A DNA stretch of 64,000 nt from Eledone cirrhosa (Eukaryota), in NCBI GenBank assembly GCA_964016885.1, contig OZ024765.1, positions 6,696,001 to 6,760,000 of the forward strand, in the 5' to 3' direction. Below the pieces are notes generated by a model that was not told the origin of the DNA, made no database searches, and saw only the letters and a program-made list of their open reading frames with translations. Below, piece by piece: positions 35,301 to 46,643 of the stretch. Both the position numbers and the translations under genes were made by a program. Numbering within the stretch: the stretch's first letter is position 1; each line of letters opens with the position of its first letter.

Positions 35301-38300
35301 CCCCTTTCTCCTGTCATGAGTTGTGCTGACAGACAGTATCAGTAATAGAAAGACCAATGGAAACATTGTTTCCTTGGTCTGATCTGATGATCAGCTCCTT
35401 TCTTTTGTCAGAAGTTGTGACTGACAGACAGTATCAGCAAAGGAAAAGTTGTTTCCTAGGACTGATCTAATTAACGACCCCCCTTTTTTTTAACATCTTC
35501 AGTACCACAGACAAGATAACTAACATGTATGCATTCTAGTGCCATGGATGAGATAACTCATCCTAACATGTTTCAACCATTTTCCAAAAGTTCATAACTT
35601 CAAAGCTATGAACTCTTTTCCAAAAATTCCTAACATCAAAGCTATGAACTCTTTTCCAAAAATTCCTAACATCAAAGCTATGAACTCTTTTCCAAAAGTT
35701 CCTAACTTCAAAGCTATGAACTCTTTTCCAAAAGTTCCTAACATCAAAGCTATGAACTCTTTTCCAAAAGTTCCTAACATCAAAGCTATGAACTCTTTTC
35801 CAAAAGTTCCTAACATCAAAGCTATGAACTCTTTTCCAAAAGTTCCTAACATCAAAGCTATGAACTCTTTTCCAAAAGTTCCTAACATCAAAGCTATGAA
35901 CTCTTTTCCAAAAGTTCCTAACATCAAAGCTATAAACTCTTTTCCAAAAGTTCCTAACATCAAAGTTATGAACTCTTTTCCAAAAGTTCCTAACATCAAA
36001 GCTATGAACTCTTTTCCAAAAGTTCCTAACTTCAAAGCTATGAACTCCTTTCCAAAAGTTCATAACTTCAAAGCTATGAACTCCTTTCCAAAAGTTCATA
36101 ACTTCAAAGCTATGAACTCTTTTCCAAAAGTTCCTAACTTCAAAGCTATGAACTCCTTTCCAAAAGTTCCTAACTTCAAAGTTATGAACTCCTTTCCAAA
36201 AGTTCCTAACTTCAAAGTTATGAACTCCTTTCCAACAGTTCATAACTTCAAAGTTAGATGGGGTTACTAGTTTATTGATGTGACATTTGTCAATCATTCA
36301 GATATGTGCTGTTAATAAATTAAATGTTTGTTTAAAAATATAGTCATTTCACTGGAAAAAAAAACCCGACACAGCAACTGTAGCTGTGTAAAATATACAC
36401 GGCAGTCAACAGATTAAACAGAGATAGAGAGGGGTGGTAATTTACCGTCTTCATCAATCCCAGCAATGAGATTGTACGTGTAATAGGGGAAGAAACGCCT
36501 GTAATATAGGATTGTGGACAACATGGCAGCAATAGCACCACAGGTCATTATCCTACGATGGTCATGTTCATAGATCTGAGGAATAGAGAAAGAAAAACAT
36601 TGTTATATTAACTCTTAATGAAACCTCATTAACAAGACATTATTGAAAAGTACAAAACAACTCTATGACTGCATCACATTAAATATTAACACTTTAACAT
36701 TTAAACCAGCTGTATCTGGCCAGAATTCTCTCACCTCTTTCTATTCAACCCAGCTGTAATTAGCCACTCATACTGATGTTAAGGTATTGTTCTCAAAATA
36801 AAGAATATCAGAATATCATAGATTCGATATTTTGTGAGATAATAATGAGATAAAGTCTTTACCGTGAAAATACAATAGTATATATAGAGTAATCATCATC
36901 ACCGTTTTACGTCCGTTCTTCCATGCTAGCATGGGTTAGACTTAATGTAAATGCTAACTCTTAATGAAACCTCATTAACAAGACATTATTCAAAAGTACA
37001 AAACAACTCTATAACTGCATCACATTAAATATTAATCCTTTAATATTTCATAACCCCTTTTATTCCTTATATTTTGCCAGCTGTGGGATGTGACATCATT
37101 TGAGGTCCTTGGTGTTTTCAAAGGACATGAATCCAGGCTTCCATCCATGGCACTCTCACCTGTAGATAAGGTAGTACGCTTTCAAATAAAATCATTCCTC
37201 ATCCATCAATGTGATTAACCTTTTGTAATTCTTTAGTATCTAGCCAGGATTCTCTCACCTCTTTCTGTTCAAACTGACTGTAACCAGCCGCTCAGACTGA
37301 TGTTAAGGTATTGTTCTCAAAATCTCATAGATTCGATATTATGTGAGATAAAGCCTTTACTGCAAAAAATACAATAGTATATACAGAGTAATGTAAATGC
37401 TGATGGGTTAAACAAATATAGGAACAGCAATGATACTAAGGAGGGTGTTGGAAAGTTGAAGGAATAGGAATGACTCAAAGGGTTAACCCTTTAGCATTTA
37501 CATTACTCTTTATTTACTATTGTATTTTTATGGTAAAGGCTTTATCGCACATGATATTGAATCTATGAGATTGTGATATTATTTATTTTGAGAACAATAC
37601 CTTAACGTCAGCATGGGCGGCCAGTTTGAACAGAAAGAGGTGAGAGAATTCTGGCCAGATATGGCCGGTTTAAATGCTAAAGGGTTAAAGTATTTACTTT
37701 AATACTTAATAAATTTTCCCAATGTCCACCAGTAAAGATAGTATAAATATTTCAATTCACAAACCACATTAACAAGACATCCTTGAAAAGTACAAAACAA
37801 CACTATGGCTACATCACATTAAATATTTATGCTAATACTGCAAATTTTCACAACAATCTATCCACTGTTAAAGATACTATAAATATGCTAATTTATGCTA
37901 ATACTACAAATTTTCACAACAATCTGTCCACTGTTAAAGATACTATAAATGTTCTAATTAATAAACTATTGCCAATCACGGTGGGTACTGGAATTGTTTT
38001 TCCTGACATCATCACTACCACCGGATAAGGTAGACAGGTAGGTTTTTCTGTGTACTGGGTGCATTTTACAGTGACACCCTCACTACCATTTTACAATGTG
38101 GGCTGGGTGTATTTTATCATGACACCAACACTTCTACTTTACAGAGTGTACTGGGTGTATTTTATCATGACACCAGCACTACCACTTTACAGAGTGTACT
38201 GGGTGTATTTAATCATGACACCAACACTACCACTTTACGGAGTGGACTGGGTGTATTCTATCAATACATCAGCACTACCACTTTACAGAGTGTACTGGGT

Positions 38301-41300
38301 GTATTTTATAAAGACACCAGCACTACCACTTTACAGCGCGAGTTGGGTGTATTTTATCATGGCACCGGCACTATCACTTTACAGAGTGTACTGGGTGTAT
38401 TTTATCATGACACCAATACTACCACTTTACAGTGTGGGTTGGGTGTATTTTATCATGGCACCAGCACTATCACTTTACAGAGTGTACTGGGTATATTTTA
38501 TCATGACACCAGTACTACCACTTTACAGTGTGAGTTAGGTGCATTCTAAAACTACTCACCTTCAGACGAGCTTCAATAATCTTCGTTAAGGTAAGGACAT
38601 CTCCATGGAAACCAACACAACCCAAAACCGTTGTGTCTGTGCTGTAAAACAAGACAAATCTTCATTTATTGCAACTGTACATTTCTTTTGAGAGAATAAC
38701 AACAAAACAAAGCAACAGTATTGACAGGTTTGGTACCAAACTCACCTGAAATGCTAACTGGCTTTATAATATACATCTGATTTCTTTTATACGCTCGGGT
38801 CACAAATAATAGGGGGAATAAGTGGAGGTGGAATAAGCATGGGGGTTGGAAAATCGGTAAATTTTCTAGGATTTCTTGGTTGATTTTTTAAAAACCAGAA
38901 TTAGTCATTTAGTTTCCATATTGAGACCCCCCAACCCATCCTATTTATTTTATAACGTATGGGATTTCTAGTAATGTATGTTTTTAACCCTTTAGCATTT
39001 ATATTACTATATGATGATGATGATATCTATACTATTGTATTTTTGTGGTAAAGGCTTTACCTCACATAACATTTACATTACTCTATATATACTATTATAT
39101 TTTCACAGTAAAGACTTTACCTCACATAATATTTACATTACTCTATATATACTATTGTATTTTCGTGGTAAAGGCTTTATCTTACATAATATCAAATCTA
39201 TAAGATTTTGATGTTATTTATTTTGAGAACAATATCTTAACGCCAGTATGAGCAGCTGGTTTCAGCCAGTTTGAACTGAAAGAGGCGAGAGAATTCTGGC
39301 CAGATGCAGCCGGCCTAAATGCTAAAGGGTTAATGGATAAAGAAAATTGTCACAGGAATGCTACCACTTATAATCAAATTTCGTCAGAGATAGATTAGCA
39401 AAATTTAATAAGCAGGTGGTGGGTGGTAATTGCTGGGTGTGAGAAAAAAAAAATCTGAGCTCCAACGATCTGTGGTGAGAGCAGACCTCAGATCGCTGAA
39501 GCTCACAGAGGATATGACAAAGGACCGTGACAAGTGGAGAGATGCTGTGCTGAATAGGACCCGTCCCTCCCTTGCAAGCAGGGAAAAGCAGACGTATGAT
39601 GATGAAGATGATGATGACTATTTGGGACCCAAGAGTACATAGATGTATCAAGTACAACTGTATGACACCAGTGTGTCATAAGTGGGATGCTGCGTGGTAG
39701 TGAAACATGGGCTGTGACTGCAGAGGACATGGGTAGACTGTCATAACACCAACACAACCACTGTACAGTGTTGACAAGAGACTGCTGGTGAAGGAGGTGC
39801 ATGTATGTAGGGTGGGAATTGGAGATGAATGTCTGAGGTAACTGAAAAAATAACCCTGAGAAGGTGAGAAAAATGAGAGATAACTTACATTTTATAACTT
39901 TTGGGGGAATTTCGAGTGTGGATAGAGAAACCTTCACTCAATCGAGTGTCTGATGCTAGTATGGCATAGTCATCACCAGACAATCCCAGCACGGTTCTGT
40001 AAAAATAGAGTAAAGTTAAAGTACTATGAATATAATATATAGAGTAGCATTACTATAGATATAATATAGGGTAATATTACAGTACTATGAATATAATATA
40101 TAGAGTAGCATTACTATAGATATAATATAGGGTAATATTACAGTACTATGGATATAATATATAGAGTAGCATTACTATAGATATAATATAGGGTAATATT
40201 ACAGTACTATGGATATAATATATAGAGTAGCATTACTATAGATATAATATAGGGTAATATTACAGTACTATGGATATAATATATAGAGTAGCATTACTAT
40301 AGATATAATATAGGGTAATATTACAGTACTATGGATATAATATATAGAGTAGCATTACTATAGATATAATATAGGGTAATATTACAGTACTATGGATATA
40401 ATATATAGAGTAGCATTACTATGGATATAATATAGGGTAATATTACAGTACTATGAATATAATATATAGAGTAGCATTACTATAGATATAATATAGGGTA
40501 ATATTACAGTACTATGGATATAATATACAGTAGTATTACAGTTCTATCGAAATATAGTGATTTAGTATTACACTTTAGTTACATATACACACATCTACAT
40601 GTAAATACATAAACAGATAGACAACAAAAGTACAAACCCACATACACACAGCTACACTTAACCCTGGCTGTATCCGGCCAGAATTCTCTCACTTCTTTCT
40701 GTTCAAACCGGCTGTAACTGGCCGCTCATACTGATGTTAAGGTATTGTTCTCAAAATAAATATCAAAATCTCAGATTTGATATTATGTGAGGTAAAGCCT
40801 TTACCATGAAAGTATAACAGTATATATAGATTAATGTAAATGCTAAAAAGGGTTGAATACATAAACAGAAAGAAGTGGCTGCTGAAACGCTATAGCGATG
40901 TGTGTTGCGTCCCTTTAGGGTTTAGCCTATTCGACATAATATAGTGCTACAGTACTATGAATATATAGAATTACACTATGAAAATATATAATCGTTACAG
41001 GAATATATAGTATCACAGCTCTATGGAAATATAGAATCGTGGCTAACTGATACTTTATTTAGTCGACTCCATTGAAAGATGAAAGGCAAAGTTGACTTCA
41101 GCGGGATTTGAACAAAGAACGTAAAGGGACCCAACACCACGAGGCCTTTTTGACGTCTCTAACGATTCTGCCAAACCACAGCCGTTACATAACCATTGAT
41201 GATGATGACAGATGCTCTGTTGGTGTCGACGAGGATCATATATTAAACGTGTGGGGGTTAAGAAGCTCGCAGTCCTCGGTTCAACCCCAGATTGGCACCT

Positions 41301-41831
41301 TGGGGTAAATGTCTTCAGACTAATGCTTTGCGGGTAGAATATGGTAGATGTAAACTGCAGAAGCCTGTCGAATACACACATATTTATTTTTATCATTATT
41401 TTTTTAGTTTGTAACTTTCCTGATGAAGGACTTTCGTCCGAAACGTTGAACCCTTCTCCACTCCCACCAAGCGTGAAACTAATATAACTGTACAATTGCC
41501 TCCTGGGTTTTGATCGTTCATTTTCAACTATATATATACACACACACATATATATATGTATGTGTCTGTATTTATATTTGTGTCGGTGTTTATATCGCAT
41601 AACTTAAAGGAAATCGAGAAATGGATCAAATAAGTATCGAGCTTGAATAAAATAGATCCTTGGGGGTCGATCTTATCGACTAAAGGAGGAATCCCGGCAT
41701 GATCGCAACCCAATGCCTCGACACAGAACAATATATATACACATACAGAGTGGTGTTAATAATGATACGTACCCTCCATTCATGGCATATGGAGAAAAAT
41801 GAGCCTCCACAGGTCTTCTATAATCGTCCAT
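30447..41831 (-). CDS. PSMB1: Proteasome subunit beta type-1 (20S beta6), complete 6-exon gene, 223 aa
   Basis: Exons 41773-41831, 39889-39996, 38560-38641, 36446-36575, 34957-35063, 30447-30632; all GT-AG with matching phases. Translation [37 protein letters not shown]...RRFFPYY...[14 protein letters not shown]...[10 protein letters not shown]...PLRKD* matches the PSMB1 family. Confidence 0.97.
31676..32130. repeat. 24-bp tandem repeat
   Basis: catgtaacaacactactacacaca repeated. Confidence 0.93.
32860..34915 (+). repeat. 71-bp minisatellite, about 28 near-identical copies (PSMB1 intron 5)
   Basis: Unit tactgaagccagtaaaagaatacaagaataaatcccttcaagacagtgccccagcatggtcacaatctaat; related arrays at 6340-6700 and 51296-51745 (-). 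Confidence 0.97.
34957..35063 (-). CDS. PSMB1: PSMB1 exon 5
   Basis: [36 protein letters not shown]. Confidence 0.95.
35580..36255. repeat. 36-bp minisatellite, about 18 copies
   Basis: Unit aaagctatgaactcttttccaaaagttcctaacatc. Confidence 0.95.
36446..36575 (-). CDS. PSMB1: PSMB1 exon 4
   Basis: [43 protein letters not shown]. Confidence 0.95.
37081..37170 (+). pseudogene. Inverted duplicate of TBL3 exon 54185-54274 inside PSMB1 intron 3
   Basis: 80/90 nt identical; [30 protein letters not shown]; ttttgccag and AAG|GT retained; intronic flanks homologous. Confidence 0.9.
37483..37688 (+). mobile_element. piggyBac-like non-autonomous MITE (representative copy)
   Basis: TTAA-CCCTTTAGCATTTA...TAAATGCTAAAGGG-TTAA, 14-bp TIR. 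Further full or partial copies near 24265, 29400, 36690, 37250, 38984, 40657, 44549, 46263, 47290, 48139, 53790. Confidence 0.88.
38560..38641 (-). CDS. PSMB1: PSMB1 exon 3
   Basis: [27 protein letters not shown]; GTGAGT donor. Confidence 0.95.
39889..39996 (-). CDS. PSMB1: PSMB1 exon 2
   Basis: [35 protein letters not shown]; tttttacag acceptor, GTAAGT donor. Confidence 0.95.
40020..40545. repeat. 61-bp tandem repeat, about 8 copies (PSMB1 intron 1)
   Basis: gtactatggatataatatatagagtagcattactatagatataatatagggtaatattaca. Confidence 0.93.
41417..41450 (+). ncRNA. Minimal hammerhead ribozyme motif in a Penelope-like remnant
   Basis: UUC-CUGAUGA-A-GGAC(UUUC)GUCC-GAAA-CG-UU-GAA. Confidence 0.65.
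41773..41831 (-). CDS. PSMB1: PSMB1 exon 1 ([20 protein letters not shown])
   Basis: ATG at 41831 with an upstream in-frame stop; donor GG|GTACGT. Confidence 0.9.
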
Positions 41832-42233
41832 GGTGCTAAGATATATTTAATTACAACTGAAAGATTAATTAATCAACTAAAGTCCGTCTGTGTCTCTTGA
41901 TATTATTCTGATCTTTCTGACATGACACAGCAATTCTTTCTCTGCAGTGAATATATTATCGACATTTCATTCGACCATATTCATATTCTTAATTAAATCC
42001 ATATAAAAAAACTGAAACTTGAAACAAATTATTTGAAATAAATTTAATAAAGAAAATACTTCTTGTCTTCAATGATTTTTATAACATTAGTTGTAATGTT
42101 TGCTTTAATTGCGCTTCTTTTATATTTTTTTCGTCAATAATCAATTCTGTTTCCTCGCTTCTTTCTCATCCGTTAAAATATTTCCCTCCGTTATTAACTG
42201 CGGAGAATTGTCGGTAGATTTACACGAGGCAAC
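41832..42233. promoter_or_regulatory. Shared bidirectional promoter and 5' UTRs of PSMB1 and LSM2
   Basis: Divergent start codons about 400 bp apart; unique, repeat-free sequence. Confidence 0.7.
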
Positions 42234-42495
42234 ATGGTGAGTTAGTAACTTATTCCTATCTTCTCAACTGAATTGAAAAATACACTGAGCCGGTTGAGGA
42301 TATACATATGTATATATATACACACACACACATTTATACAGGTGTGTTTAAATATATATATATATATATACACACACATTTAATTATGGATGTTTAAGTA
42401 TACCTATGTGTGTGTATATATAAATACTAAGTTTGTGTATATGTTTATATATATACATAGATGTTTGTGGATGTGTGCTAGTATATATGTGTATA

Positions 42496-42532
<37 letters not shown>

Positions 42533-45500
42533 ACAAACTATTAAAAACGTTTAGCTAATATGAAAAACGAAACTACTCCTTTGTTATTTTGCAATCAAGC
42601 TCACTTTGTCAAAATTCAAAATCAATTTAGATCCCTCCTCCCTCGTCACTTTCTACCAATTAGATATAAACACGGCTTTGTGAAGCTGTTTATTATTATT
42701 AAAGACGGTAAAAAGTGTGGTGGGTTAGCAGACATGCTAGTGCGTCAGACAAAATGCTTTACTTAAGACGTAATACGTTCAAATCCCGCCAAGGTTAGTT
42801 TTGCCTTTCAGGTCGATAAAATAAAGTACCAGTAATACACTGGAGTCCATTTAATCGACTTTCCCTTTCCCAGAATTGTTTGCCTTGTGCCTAAATCAGA
42901 AACAATTATTAAAAACAGCATTCAGTAATCCAAAAAAGGGAGGGAGGTGTAATGGCCAAACCCGGTGTCTTCGATTTGGTATTCGTGCCAAGCCTTACCC
43001 ATGGTCATGAATCTTTTGTAATGACGGAAAGAATACGATCGCGAATACAAGCAGCCGAATGGGTCTTTGGAGTAACGTTACTGGATAAAGCGTGTAGCTT
43101 GGGGATCAGAGAGTCACTCCAAGTAGAGCCGCTACTTCTCTGAATTGAGAGATCACAGCTCCGATACTATGGGCATGTGGTTAGAATGTCTCAGGAAAGA
43201 ATTCCTGGAGATATTTGTAGCTCGGAGTAGATCTGTTAATTCTCTGAATTGTGAGATCACAGCACCAACATTACTGAGATGTGGTTAGAATGTCTCAGGA
43301 AAGAATTCCTGGAGATATTTGTAGCTCGGAGTAGATCTGTTAATTCTCTGAATTGTGAGATCACAGCACCAACATTACTGAGATGTGGTTAGAATGTCTC
43401 AGGAAAGAATTCCTGGAGATATTTGTAGCTCGGAGTAGATCTGTTAATTCTCTGAATTGTGAGATCATAGCACCAACATTACTGAGATGTGGTTAGAATG
43501 TCTCAGGAAAGAATCAGTGGACATATTTTACGGGCGAAACCAAATGTCAGGAGATCCAGGAGTAGACCCCAAGCAAGATGTTTGGATAACATCCATGAGC
43601 TTAGCTGGTCACACTTGGGGATCCAGCTAGATCAGTTGGAGACAGTTGCTTCTGACAGGACTCACTGGAGGGAGTGAAAGAGGACCCTCAGGAATAAGTG
43701 GGCGAAGAGAAGTAAAATGGTGGTTGATTATCAGAATTGCTAGAGCAGTATTTACTTCAGACTTAATACGTTCTGAGTTCGAAGCCCGGCAGACGTCAGC
43801 TTCGTATGTCTTCCTTCCAGGTTCCAGTAGATCCTGTCAGAAGCAACCGTCTCTGATTGATCCAGCTGGATCCCCAAGCAAGACCAGTCAAGCTCATGGA
43901 TGTTATTCTACCATTATGCTTGGGGTCGCTAAAATAAAGCCTAATGTTTCTTTCGAGCCCGGAGGTTGAGTGTACTGGAACAAAGTGAAATGAAATGTTT
44001 TGTTCAAAAACACAACCCAAAACTGGTATTGAACCCACATTGTGATCATAAATCTAACACCCTTACCACTGTAGCAACGTGAAATGAAGTGTTTTAAATA
44101 AATATAGTGGAGGCACGTGGCCTAGTGGTAAGGGTGTTGGACTTACGATCATAATGTCGTGGGTTTGATTCCTGGGCTAGGTTGTGTGTTGTGTTCTTGA
44201 GCAAAAGACTTCATTTCGTGTTGCTGGGGGTTTAATCCTGTGATGGACTGGTGTCCTGTCCAGGGAGGAAGTCTTGTGCTCTCGGTCGCCTCATGCCATG
44301 CAACTGGGATAAGCACCAGCCTAACGAGCTTTCTGGCTTAAGACAGACTTTACAATAAACAGTTTTCTATCATAGATATTTGTCTACAATACCTTCTGTT
44401 GTTCTTATACTGGTATTTTTTATGTCTTTCCAGTTGTTTTATTCCTTCTTCAAGTCGTTAGTTGGTAAAGATGTTGTGGTCGAACTAAAGAATGATCTCA
44501 GGTAATGAGGATTTTTTTTTTTTCTTAATTAATCGGTAAAGTCCTATTTTAACCCTTTAGCGTTTACATTACTCTATATTTACTATTGTAGTTTTGTGGT
44601 AAAGGCTGTAGCTTACATAATATCGAATCTACAAGATTTTGATGTTATTTATTTTGAGAACAATACCTTTACATCAGTATGAGTGACTAGTTATGACCAG
44701 TTTGAACAGAAAGGTGAGAGAATTCTGGCCAGATACAGCTGGTTTAAGTTTGTAAAAAGAAAAGACAATAAAAACACTTTTTATTTCACATGTCCGTAAC
44801 ATAACGTAACACAAAGCTTTTCTCAAATTGCAGTATTTGTGGCACTTTACATTCAGTGGACCAGTTTTTGAATATCAAGTTGACTGACATCAGTGTAACA
44901 GATCCTGAGAAATATCCACATATGGTACGTTAATATTTTTGATATCATCATCATCATCGTCGTTTTTACATTATCTTTTCCATGGACAGGATTAGCCGCC
45001 TTGACACAGGGCTTAGATTTTTATCTATTTCTTAGATCTAAAATCATGTCTACTTTCCCTGTTAGCAAGGGTTGGACAGGTCTATGTAGACCAAGTCAGT
45101 TTTGAAGTAGGGCTACTGACCTCACAGGCAGGCTAGGAGGTATGCATTCCTCTTACGTTCTACAGAGTGCACAAGAAAGTTTATGTCTTTGACACAACTG
45201 AAGGAACCTGCCAACTCTTTGTTTAGCAAACTTTCTATGGCTTGATGCGTAGTTTACAGAGTATACTGGGTGCATTTATTGTGTAGGTCACCAACACTAG
45301 AAAGGTCGTCATGTCTTTGACACAACTGAAGGGTCTTCCTAACCCTCTGTTTGGCGAGCTTTGTGCTTTATTTTATCGACCCTGTAAGGATGAAAGACAA
45401 AGTTAACCTCGGCGGGATTTGAACTCAGACCATAAAGAGCCGTAACTCTATGCTGCAAAGCATGGCATCTGACCCACTAGGGTTATAATAGTAATTGGTT

Positions 45501-45784
45501 TTATGGATATTTTGGTGCTTTTTGTTGTGGCACACACACACACGTCTGTGTGTGCCTGTATTTGTATTGGCAAAATCACTTTGGCAGTGATGTTTCATTT
45601 TCTGCGACTCAGTGGTTCAATGTGTGAAAATCAATAATTTCTCTTTCTATTCCAGCTGTCTGTAAAGAATTGTTTCATCCGGGGCTCCGTTGTACGGTAT
45701 GTGCAGTTGCCGGCAGACGAATGCGACACGCAGCTATTACAAGACGCAGCTCGCAAAGAAGCGGCCCAGAACAAGCAGAGATAA
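42234..45784 (+). CDS. LSM2: U6 snRNA-associated Sm-like protein LSm2, complete 4-exon gene, 96 aa
   Basis: Exons 42234-42236 (ATG|GTGAGT), 44434-44501, 44834-44924, 45656-45784. Translation MLFYSFFKSLVGKDVVVELKNDLSICGTLHSVDQFLNIKLTDISVTDPEKYPHMLSVKNCFIRGSVVRYVQLPADECDTQLLQDAARKEAAQNKQR*. Confidence 0.97.
42945..43710 (+). mobile_element. Decayed RTE LINE 3' fragment containing three 104-bp tandem repeats (LSM2 intron 1)
   Basis: PSLTHGHES..MTERIRSRIQAAE, LRYYGHVVRMSQER; related fragments at 1370-1780, 27480-27770, 43810-43900 (-), 57050-57180. Confidence 0.8.
44107..44350 (+). mobile_element. tRNA-derived SINE (second family)
   Basis: GTGGCCTAGTGG A box, GGTTTGATTCC B box, CTTGAGCAA core; inverted partial copy 43980-44090; related copies at 300-520, 23390-23510, 56170-56285. 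Confidence 0.75.
44434..44501 (+). CDS. LSM2: LSM2 exon 2
   Basis: LFYSFFKSLVGKDVVVELKNDLS; ctttccag acceptor, GTAATG donor. Confidence 0.96.
44834..44924 (+). CDS. LSM2: LSM2 exon 3
   Basis: ICGTLHSVDQFLNIKLTDISVTDPEKYPHM. Confidence 0.96.
45656..45784 (+). CDS. LSM2: LSM2 exon 4 (last coding)
   Basis: LSVKNCFIRGSVVRYVQLPADECDTQLLQDAARKEAAQNKQR*. Confidence 0.96.
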   Translation: MSVKNCFIRGSVVRYVQLPADECDTQLLQDAARKEAAQNKQR

Positions 45785-46512
45785 TTTACAGTGTCCAGTC
45801 AGATGCTGTTGTAATTTAAATCCAACTTATGTCTCTCTATCTACCTTCCTTCTTCTCACCTTCCATATGTGTACATAGTCTACCATCAACCACAAAACAT
45901 GAAGAACATTCATAAGTAATAATAAAAGAAAAAAAATGCATTTTTCCTACTCCTGTTTTGAGTTTTGTTTTTCAACCCTTTTGATACCAAACCACTTGAT
46001 CCCAAACCCTCATTCTAAGATACGAGAGTCAACTGAAACCCTTTTGATACCAAACCTTCATTCTAATATACAAGAGTCAAATGAAACCCTTTTGATACCA
46101 AACCATCATTCTAATATGTGAGGGTTGACTGAAACCCTTTTCATTCTAAGATATGAGGGTCAGCTGAAATGTTCATAGGCTGACCAAGATACTCTCATGG
46201 AATGACCAAATGAGGTTTATTTTTCCACATTTTCAATGCAGTTATTAATAAGAATTGTTGAAATTAACCCTGTAGCATTTACATTACTCTGTATATATTA
46301 TTGTATTTTGTGGTAAAGGCTTTATTTTGACATAATTATCCTACATAATATTGATTCTGAGATTTTGATATTTATTTTGAGAACAATACCTTAACATCAG
46401 TAAGAAGTGAGAGAATTATGGCTGGATACGGCCGGTTTAAATGCTAAAGTGTTAAACAATAAATACTTTTAAATAAGCAGTTTCATATCAAAGGGATTAT
46501 AAAAAAATAATT

Positions 46513-46643
46513 TTATTGACATAGATTTTCTGACATACTGGTCGTCTCTGAAAGGTTCTGGTTAGCTGGGGTCATTTGTCTTATTAAATAAGGGATAAAC
46601 TGGGCTTTCTCCTTCAGACACTTCCGTCTTTTGAAGTGGCGCT
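46513..46643 (-). CDS. TBL3: TBL3 last coding exon
   Basis: ERHFKRRKCLKEKAQFIPYLIRQM...NLCQ*. Confidence 0.9.

Noticed and set aside
35165-35490. CTGATGA motifs as hammerhead or C/D snoRNA boxes
   Set aside because: Part of an approximately 100-bp degenerate tandem repeat; no helix II/GAAA or terminal stem arrangement.
35563-36297. 220-244 aa repeat ORFs on both strands
   Set aside because: A 36-bp intronic minisatellite is stop-free by chance; lies within PSMB1 intron 4.
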